Shown: in pieces, positions 1 to 64,000 of the stretch
Layout: the number at the start of each line of letters is the position of its first letter
Numbering within the stretch: position 1 is the stretch's first letter
Source: Eledone cirrhosa
Taxonomy: Eukaryota
Assembly: GCA_964016885.1 (NCBI GenBank)
Contig: OZ024744.1
Span: forward strand, 99,696,001-99,760,000
Direction: 5' to 3'
DNA length: 64,000 nucleotides
Program-made: the position numbers and the translations under genes
Notes under the pieces: generated by a model
What the model saw: the letters and a program-made list of their open reading frames with translations, nothing else
What the model was told of the DNA's origin: nothing
Databases searched by the model: none

Positions 1-55071
<55,071 letters not shown>

Positions 55072-55208
55072 CTAGTAACCAAAGGAGAAAAAAAAAAGAA
55101 TAATGACACCTGAGTTTATTAGTTAGAATCCTGAAATTAGAGGGTTTATCTGCCCTAAAAAATACTCAATTTAGAGAATGGTATTTGACAAATAGGGTGA
55201 CAATTCTA

Positions 55209-56430
55209 TTAGGTTGAATCGTAAATAATTTCTGTTTTTTGAAAGCAAGTTGTAACTTTGCATTTCAAACTACCAGCATTTTAAATGCAACTGGAAATTA
55301 CCTGATTAGAGAGTCTTCATCAGTCATTCTTATTTCATTAGTGAAAGAGTGCACATCATAATTTTATCTATGGTTTCATGCCCCTAAAATGGAGAAACTG
55401 AAAGGGCATTTTCAACACGTAATGTTGTGGGAGTTTAACAATAACAAAAACGCTACAGAAACAGCTAAGAAAATGTGTAGTGTTTATGGCGAATGTGTCA
55501 TTACTGAATGCCAAGTCTGAAACTGGTTTTCAAAGTTTCTTTCTAGTGATACATCATTGAGAGATGGACCCAGACAAGGATGTTCATCAGTCCTTGCTCA
55601 AGATGCTTTAAGAGGATTGGTGGAATGCAATCCACGCAAAAGTACTCAAGAATTAGTACTTGACTTCAACACATCCCAATCTACAATCTGCCTCCACTTG
55701 GAAAAGATAGGAAAAGTGAGATAAGCTGGGCATTTGGTTCCTCATACTCTTAGTGAGAATAATAAGGAAGATAACATATTCTTAATGACAAGTCTTCTTT
55801 CAAGGCAGAGAAACGACCTGTTTCTCAAGAATATCATTACAGGGGAGGAAAAATGGGTCTTTTATGACAATGTTCAACACAAAAGGTAGTGGTTGACAAG
55901 GATAAATCTCCACAGCTTACCCCCAAAAGTTATGCTGTGTAGTGGGATGACCATGGTATTCATTTTGAGTTTTTAAACCACAATCAGACACTCAATGCAG
56001 ACTTATACTCTCAACAGCTGCAACTTGTGCAGGAAAATCTTCTAAGAAATCGTTCCATTTCAGGAGAAACATTGTGCTTCTTCATGATAATGCAAAGCCA
56101 CATTCAGCAAAAATCATGCAGGAAAAAATATTGGAATTAGGCTGATCTCTTCTACCCCATCCACCATATCCACCAGACCTTGCACCAAATGATTTTCATC
56201 TTTTTCATTCTCTACAAAATGCTCTGAATGGCAAAGAATGATTGTGGAAAACTTCTTGAACTCAAAACTAGCAGAATTTTACTAGAGAGGAATCAACAAG
56301 TTACCTGATAAAGGGCAGGAGGTGATTTAAAATAATGGCAAATATACTATTAATTGAAATTAATTCTTTGTTAAATTATTCATGAATAAATTATTTTACT
56401 TAAACGGAAATTGTTTAAGACTCAGCTCAA
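55209..56430 (+). mobile_element. Full-length decayed mariner (Tc1/mariner) transposon
   Basis: Imperfect ~29-bp TIRs (TTAGGTTGAATCGTAAATAATTTCTGTTT / AAACGGAAATTGTTTAAGACTCAGCTCAA) with TA flanks; transposase motifs IITGEEKWVFYDN, LLHDNAKPH, PHPPYPPDLAPNDFHLF carrying stops and frameshifts. Confidence 0.92.
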
Positions 56431-57529
56431 TAGTTAGACTATGCATTGTTGAGGAGGTAGAATTAATAAGGTAGAAACATGCTTAAAATTGTCATTTAAA
56501 ACAAATAGAACAGTGGTGTGGTAATCATCATCATCATCATCATTTTACGTCCGCTATTCCCTGCTTGCAAGGGTGGGGCAAATATATATTGTCACTGTAC
56601 TTACAAAAAAAAATAAGATAACTCACAGTTGTATAAACCCATTCCAATTTTAGTTACCTTATTTGCTGGCCCCATCATATAAGATGCCCCCTGGTTTTAC
56701 AAGGGCATTTTGAGAAAAAATAATTCTATTACAATTCTTCATAAATTTATTAAAAACTATTTCATTGTTTTCTCAGAAACTCTAATATAAGTTTGACATA
56801 ATTTTGCTTATATAAATAGTATTATATTACTGTACTAGTAATACTAATAGTAATACAAACGAAATTGTATTGTATTACTGTATTAGTAATACTAACAATA
56901 ATTGTTTCTACTTTTGGCACAAGGCCAGCAATTATCCCAGTGTATTACTGGTACTTTATTTTATCGACCCCGTAAGGATGAAAGGCAAAGTTAACCTCGG
57001 CGGGATTTGACCTCAGACCATAAAGGGATGTAACTCTTTGCTGTTAGCAATAATACTAACTAAACTGTATTGTATTACTGTGTTAGTAATGCTAATAGAA
57101 ATACAAACTAAATTTTTTAAATCATGATTCTCCCAGCCTCCGTTTAGCCTTCATCAGTAATAAAGACATGTTGGACACAGGGGAAATATTTTTTAATGCA
57201 TCTAATAGATCAGCAAATATGGTAATTTGAATGTCAGAGTTGTCATCCTTGGCTGTTTGGACAAGAATTATTCATTAAATATTGTGAATTTTCACAGTGT
57301 ACTAGAAGATACAATTCATTTGCTTCAAGGCCACCCCCATGAATGAACCCACTAACAATGTGGGTCTAACATCAAGTGCAAGTGTCAACTTGGTTAGTTG
57401 GGACATGTAACATGACTCCCAAGTGAGAGACATGCTAATCAGATCCTCTATTGGTACCCCTATGGAAAGATGCAAAGAGGACGTCCCCAGATGAATTGGT
57501 GGCAGACAATCGATGGAGACCTTGGAATG

Positions 57530-58960
57530 AATGTATTGATAGATGTAACTGACTGCAGCCATTGGAACACTTTGGCTGCCTCATGTGACTCAAGATGTGG
57601 GATGTATTGATAGATGTAACTGACTGCAGCCATTGGAACACTTTGGCTGCCTCATGTGTCTCAAGGTGTGGGATGTATTGATAGATGTAACTGACTGCAG
57701 CCATTGGAACACTTTGGCTGCCTCATGTGTCTCAAGGTGTGGGATGTATTGATAGATGTAACTGACTGCAGCCATTGGAACACTTTGGGCTGCCTCATGT
57801 GTCTCAAGATGTGGGATGTATTGATAGATATAACTGACTGTGGTGGTCATTGGAACACTTTGGCTGCCTCATGTGTCTCAAGATATGGGATGTTGTGATA
57901 GATGTAACTGACTGTGGTCATTGGAACACTTTGGCTGCCTCATGTGTCTCAAGATGTGGGATGTATTGATAGATGTAACTGACTGCAGCCATTGGAACAC
58001 TTTGGCTGCCTCATGTGTCTCAAGATGTGGGATGTATTGATAGATGTAACTGACTGTGGTGGTCATTGGAACACTTTGCCTGCCTCATGTGTCTCAAGGT
58101 GCGGGGTGTATTGATAGATGTAACTGACTGTGGTCATTGGAACACTTTGGCTGCCTCATGTGTCTCAAGATGTGGGATGTATTGATAGATGTAACTGACT
58201 GTGGTCATTGGAACACTTTGGCTGCCTCATGTGTCTCAAGATGTGGGATGTATTGATAGATGTAACTGACTGTGGTGCTCATTGGACTTTGGCTGTGTCA
58301 TGTGTCTCAAGATGTGAGATATATTGATAGATGTAACTGGCTGTGGTCATTGGAACACTTTGGCTACCTCATATGTCTCAAGATGTGAGATGTATTGATA
58401 GATGTAACTGACTATGGTCAATGGCACACTTTGGCTACCTCATGTGACTCAAGGTGCGGGGTGTATTGATAGATGTACCTGGCTGTGGTCATTGGAACAC
58501 TTTGGCTGCCTCATGTGACTCAAGGTGCAGGGTGTATTGATAGATGTAACTGACTGTGGTCATTGGAGTACTTTGGCTGCCACAAGTGTCTCAAGGTGTG
58601 GGATGTATTGATAGATGTAACTGACTGTGGTCATTGGAGTACTTTGGCTGCCTCATGTGTCTCAAGATGAGGGATGTATTGATAGATGTAACTAACTGTG
58701 GTCATTGGAACACTTTGGCTGCCTCATGTGTCTCAAGATGTGGGATGTATTGATAGATGTAACTAACTGTGGTCATGGGAACACTTTGGCTGCCTCATGT
58801 GTTTCAAGATGTGGGATGTATTGATAGATGTAACTGACTGTGGTGGTCATTGGAACACTTTGGCTGCCTCATGTGTCTCAAGATGTGGGATGTATTGATA
58901 GATCTAACTGACTGTGGTCATTGGAGTACTTTCGCTGCCTCATGTGCCTCAAGATGTGGG
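57530..58960. repeat. ~71-bp minisatellite, ~20 copies, preceded by an RTE C-terminal fragment (57400-57530)
   Basis: Unit GATGTATTGATAGATGTAACTGACTG(CAGC/TGGT)CATTGGAACACTTTGGCTGCCTCATGTGTCTCAAGATGTGG; upstream translation WYPYGKMQRGRPQMNWWQTIDGDL. Confidence 0.93.
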
Positions 58961-59533
58961 AGCTTCTAAGTACATCAGCTACATACAAAACCCCTTTTTT
59001 TCTTTCACTCTGTCTGTGATCCCTCATAAACTCTTATGCACTCATAGTTTATACTGGGTACACAGTATAGAATATCTACCTGCATCTTTTCTACATATCA
59101 AGAATATCTATTTCATAGATAGCAGTAGAACCTCATTTTCTTTTCTCCCAACTACAACTTTTCTCGAAGTTTTTTATTCTACCGTCTCATTTTGTGGTTC
59201 AAATTTTTCCTCTAATTCTTTGACTAAATAAATTGCCTATGAAAACTAATGGATCACCAGTCTTCTATTTTTTTGTTTATGGCTTGGAGAACTATAATAA
59301 ACAAGTGCCTTGATGATGACTCATCTCCTTTCTAAATTCTTCATTAAATTCATTGGTATCAGAGCCCATGAATATGGCTCACACAGTTCTCCCCAGTCAA
59401 TCATCTACACATGGATTTTTTAGCAACCACAAACTATAGATTGTGGGAACCAGTTGCTTAGCTACCGTTTCCCCTTCTACATGAAAAATACAGCATACAT
59501 ACCCAGTAACTTGTCTTAAAGTTATATATACAT

Positions 59534-59568
<35 letters not shown>

Positions 59569-60250
59569 ATCACCATCATCATCATCATCATCACCAATTT
59601 TATGCAATTTTTTCCATGCTTAAATGGTTTGACAGGTTCTTACCACTATAATATCTCCCCATTCATTTCAGTCCTTTGTCAACCCACCTGTGATTTGAAA
59701 TCATGTTTGAGAACCTCTGCACAGGTGATCCTTGGTCTTCCTATATTATATGTATATATAGAGAGATTTGATATAGAAATGGCTTCTACAGGACTGGAAC
59801 TGTTTCATTCAAAGGATATGTAATGAGTACCTTATTTACTGTGGTTACCCCTTATTGAACCTAGGACTCAAATCATCATCATCATCATCATCATTATCAT
59901 CATCATCATAATTTTACGTCCGCTTTTCCCTGCTTGCAAGGGTGGGAGGGGAACTGGTTCTGGCTTGATTTCTACAGCTGGATGCCCTTCCTAACACCAA
60001 CCTCATTTACAGTGAGTGCTGGGTGCTTTTTTTCCCGTGGTGCCTACATGTCCACTTTACAGTGTGGGCTGGGTGCTTTTTTGCTGTGCCACCACCACGA
60101 CCACTTTGCAGTGGAATGATAGGGACCCCAGTCCCTATCATTTCCTTTCTGCAGCTGAGTAAACTGGAGCAGTGTGTAATAAAGTGTCTTGCTCAAGGGA
60201 ACAACACATCACCCGGTCTGAGAATTGAATTCACAACCTTTCGATTGCAA

Positions 60251-60290
<40 letters not shown>

Positions 60291-60295
<5 letters not shown>

Positions 60296-61210
60296 ATAAA
60301 TTAAGGGAGCCATAGACTCTCGCTATTCCCTGTCAATAATGTGCTCAAAGGAGAAGGAATCCCGAGCTCTTTATAATACAATATGTAGAAAAGATAACAC
60401 ACCAGAGAGAGATAGTGCGCCATCAGTCAAACAGGGGAAAACCACCAGAGTATGGAATCTATAGCCCATGGAAGGCAGAGTAGACACACAATAATTAAAA
60501 GTATAAATCAAAGTGCAAATACATACCTCGATAACTATCTAACAAACACGTACAAATCCAAAAAGATCTGTTTCGCCAAATAAGTTGTTGACAGAAATGA
60601 TTAGCCTATGGTTCATCAGCGTGTGTAAGACTATACATTTCAGACAACTCTAAGAGAATCTAAAGCGACCGTCCAGCCACACGTGGGAGAAAAAATTCAC
60701 AGCGTGCCTAGGGCAGTAACCAGTGGCCTCTCAGGGACGAGCTGCTAGAAAGAGCAGCCCAAACCACTCAGAGAAGTGTGCTCAACCAAACACAGAGAGA
60801 GGAAAGACTATTATAAGGAGCGAAATATCACGATAAATTAACGGGGCCATAGACTCTCGCTATTCCCTGTAAATAATGTGCTCAAAGGAGAAGGAATCCC
60901 GAGCTCTTTATAATACAATATGTAGGAAATATAACAGGCTAGAGAGAGATATAGTGCGCCACGTACAAATCCATGGGCTAATCATTTCTGTCAACAACTT
61001 ACTTGGCGAAACAGATCTTTTGGGATTTGTACGCGTGTGTTAGATAGTTATCGAGGTATGTATTTACACTTTAATTAATACTTTTAATTATCGTGTGTCT
61101 ACTTTGCCTTCCATGGGCTATGGATTCCATACACTGGTGGTTTTTCCCTGTTTGACTGATGGCGCACTATCTCTCTCTAGTGTGTTATCTTTCCTACATA
61201 TTGTATTATA
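60291..61210 (-). mobile_element. Retrozyme-like non-coding element: ~1.25 tandem copies of a ~537-bp unit plus an inverted partial copy
   Basis: TCACGATAAATTAA.GG.GCCATAGACTCTCG at 60291 and 60828; 60975-61210 is the reverse complement of ~60372-60610; flanked by (TA)n; contains a hammerhead. Confidence 0.72.
60546..60624 (-). ncRNA. Type I hammerhead ribozyme motif
   Basis: Minus strand ACACG-CTGATGA-ACCA..TTGGC-GAAAC-AGATC TTTTT GGATTT-GTA-CGTGT: stem I, intact core, stem III and a GUA cleavage triplet; the first stem II pair is A.C. Confidence 0.72.
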
Positions 61211-61610
61211 TATATACACAAATAAATCTACCAATCAATGGCAGGGTCTAAACCGTATGAAGAACTCAATGTAATCCGTATGTAGAAGATGTTGTGAAGC
61301 AAAGTTTAAAATACAAAATACAAAATTTTCAACGATATAATTCATTGGATACAAAGTCAAAAATAGAAATATTAAAACAATGAAATTAAACAAAAAACAG
61401 TTAATTCATAGTCTTCAGATTATTTCTGAAGACGGCGGGTAGTGAAGACGTATGTATTTTTTCTTACTATGATATTTTGTAATATATTTTACAATTGAAT
61501 GGACATACGGGGAGCTACCCCCCCCCCCCAGAAACGATCGCAAAAATAATGAGTTTTACTATGAATTAACCGTTTTTTGTTTAATTTCATTGTTTTAATA
61601 TTTATATATA

Positions 61611-61663
61611 GAGCTTCCTGAAGATTTCATCTGAATGAAACAGTACTAGTCCTGTAGAAGCTC
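61611..61663 (+). ncRNA. Type I hammerhead ribozyme motif (separate family)
   Basis: GAGCTTC-CTGAAGA-TTTCATCTGAAT-GAAACAG tactagtc CTGTA-GAAGCTC: perfect 7-bp stem I, stem III and GUA site; weak stem II. Confidence 0.65.
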
Positions 61664-61749
61664 CTTCTATAAAATAAAAAAATCTTACTCTGCCATGTAT
61701 TGAGTACCTTACTTACTGTGGTTATCCCCGACTCAACCAGGGACCTACG

Positions 61750-61780
<31 letters not shown>

Positions 61781-62180
61781 CGCATGGTGGAACCAAGCTA
61801 TTAAACAGAAGGGCCGACTTATTCGGTGTCTGCAGACACCTAAGGAAGGGAACTTTCCTCAAGCTATATGGATAAACCCCGGTTACAGCTCCCCCCCCCC
61901 GTAGGTCCCCCCCCCTGTAGGTCCCCAACACCCCGTACCAATGAACAATGGACAACAACAACCACCCATAGTTTGTGGTCCCTATGGTGGATGGTCCACC
62001 GGATCCTCTACTGGTTAGGAGTCATCAAAACCACGTTTTATTGAACCTGATTGTATATATATATATCATATGTATATATATATATATATATTTTATATGT
62101 GTATATATGTGTTTTTTATATATATGTATGTATATATATATGTATATATTTTATGTATATATGTATATGTTTGTGTATTT

Positions 62181-62213
<33 letters not shown>

Positions 62214-62659
62214 TATGTGTGTATATGTTTTATATATGTATATATATATATATATTTTATGTATATATATATATTTTATATATATGTATGTTCTGTGTAT
62301 ATATATATATTTTATATATATATATATACTTGTGCGTACATACATACATAAATATATATATACACACCTGTATGGATTTGTGTGTATGTATGTGTGAGTG
62401 TCTGAAGGGGTAGCTGTGAGTGTATGGACAAGTCAACCAGCATAAACCTTTTATTTCTAAATTTTCTAAACTATCTAAGTTTTGGACTCTAACCATTATA
62501 TTAAGTATTACCACCCCACGTTTTGTATGGGTGGATGTGTGTGTGTGTGTCTGTGGAGGTGGGTGTGAGTGTACGTGCAAGCCAACCTACATAAGTCTTT
62601 TTATTTGTAAATTTTCTACTCTAACCATTTCAGTAGCCCCACTCCACATAATCAGATAT

Positions 62660-63272
62660 CTATTTAAGGCTGTACATGGCTATGGTGCGACCACACTTAG
62701 AATTTACATCACCAGTCTGGAACCCCTATCTTGCTCAGAACATTGACTGCCTGGAAACTGTTCAGAGACGTGCAACCAAGCGAATACCCTCCATCAGGCA
62801 TCTACCATACTCTGAGCGCCTTGCTTCCCTGGGCATGGATACATTGAAGCTCCGACGCCTGGCAGCTGACTTGGTAAACACCCACAAAATTGTTAACCAT
62901 GTTGCCAACAACAACCCTGAGTACCCTTTTGATTTCCATGTGTCTAACACACGTGGACATGCCCAGAAAGTCAGAAAACAGCACAGTTCCCATGACTTTT
63001 GGAAACATTTTTTCACGCTCAGAGTTGCTGAAGCATGGAACAAACTACCTTCGTCAGTTGTTAGCTGTCGAGACACTGCATCCTTTAAGGCCTCCATGCT
63101 TCCCGAGATCCGCCAACACTACAGCTAATGTTCCCCCTCCATACACATACACACATGTATACCATGACACTGTTCACTTCCCTGGCATTTGTGTATTATT
63201 CTATGTACTATACATACACCTTTGACGAGTTGTAGTGCACTTTACACAATAATTTCGTTATTATTATTATTA
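62660..63272 (+). mobile_element. CR1-clade LINE 3' fragment with an intact 150-aa ORF end
   Basis: MVRPHLEFTSPVWNPY..LETVQRRATK..YSERL..L..RR...SNTRGH..RVAEAWNKLP; (TAT)n tail. Confidence 0.92.
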
Positions 63273-63586
63273 TAAATTCCTCAATTTAAGAATGACCTGT
63301 AGTATCTATTTCATACTATTAACCTTAATTGAATATATGACCAGGAATGCTTTTTGTGAAAATCAGTCATATGGAACTATTGTCATCTTGCCTGATGGTT
63401 TGAATAACACCACCTGCCTCTTTGAAGTCAAATACCAACCCTACTAGCATCTACAAACTGACCATTGAGAATCAAGACTATTCCTGCTGACAACATTAAA
63501 TTATTCCTAACAAGCTCATATGTCCCAAGGCTCTGATACAATCAACACTATAAACACAGAGCTGGCATATCTAAGAACTGACTAAC

Positions 63587-63638
63587 TGCCTGATGAGGTC
63601 ATAGCCACTCAATGGCTATCATCGAAATATATATAGCA
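63587..63638 (+). ncRNA. Minimal type I hammerhead ribozyme motif (related to 24093 and 25460)
   Basis: TGC-CTGATGA-GGTCATAGCCA ctcaa TGGCTATCATC-GAAA-TATATATA-GCA. Confidence 0.65.
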
Positions 63639-63685
63639 CTAAATAAAGGATTATGAGTTCATGCAATTGACTTATGTTTCGTCAC

Positions 63686-63722
<37 letters not shown>

Positions 63723-63723
<1 letters not shown>

Positions 63724-63980
63724 TAAATTGAAACAAAATGAAAACAAAATTTCATTTCTCACTCTTAGTATGGCACTTACTTAAATGTAAGTATGCATGT
63801 ATACGTACATACATATATGTATACAGACGTACAGTAGCATGCACATATATATATATATATACATACTACTGTACGTCTGTATACATATATGTATGTACGT
63901 ATACATGCATACTTACATTTAATTAAGTGCCATACTAAGAGTGAGAAATGAAATTTTGTTTTCATTTTGTTTCAATTTAT
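63723..63980. repeat. Long near-perfect inverted repeat (~115-bp arms, ~28-nt spacer)
   Basis: ATAAATTGAAACAAAATG...CAGTAG / CTACTG...CATTTTGTTTCAATTTAT; it produces the mirror ORFs 63738+ and 63777-. Confidence 0.95.
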
Positions 63981-64000
63981 CGTTTTCGGTATGCCTGACC

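Noticed and set aside
61975-62413. YI/CV-rich ORFs (also at 25541-25939, 28616-29520 and 38911-39274)
   Set aside because: Translations of TA/CA/CAC microsatellites.
55076-64000. Search for the upstream SLC5A exons (expected GYFLAGR.M.W.P motif)
   Set aside because: No such exon was recognised; it is presumed to lie beyond the window.

Overview
AT-rich, microsatellite-dense animal genomic DNA. The SINE and LINE content resembles cephalopod (Octopus-like) repeats, which is an inference. The window is spanned by one minus-strand SLC5A (SGLT-type sodium/sugar cotransporter) gene. Eleven coding exons were reconstructed with GT-AG boundaries and consistent phases (1596 nt, 532 codons in the window); the first two coding exons and the 3' end lie outside the window or were not found. 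The introns hold two tRNA-type SINE families, a TTAA-flanked piggyBac-like MITE family, hAT and Tc1/pogo MITEs, a decayed mariner, and fragments of RTE, CR1, CRE, HERO and Penelope-like retroelements. They also hold about ten minisatellite arrays. Two patterns stand out. (1) Several families of type I hammerhead ribozyme motifs occur, including a ~537-bp non-coding, circularly permuted retrozyme-like unit whose hammerhead is on the gene's sense strand. (2) Most minisatellites can be traced to a specific transposon segment, usually the 3' end of a non-LTR retroelement. No prokaryotic system or CRISPR array is present. Novelty cannot be established without database searches.
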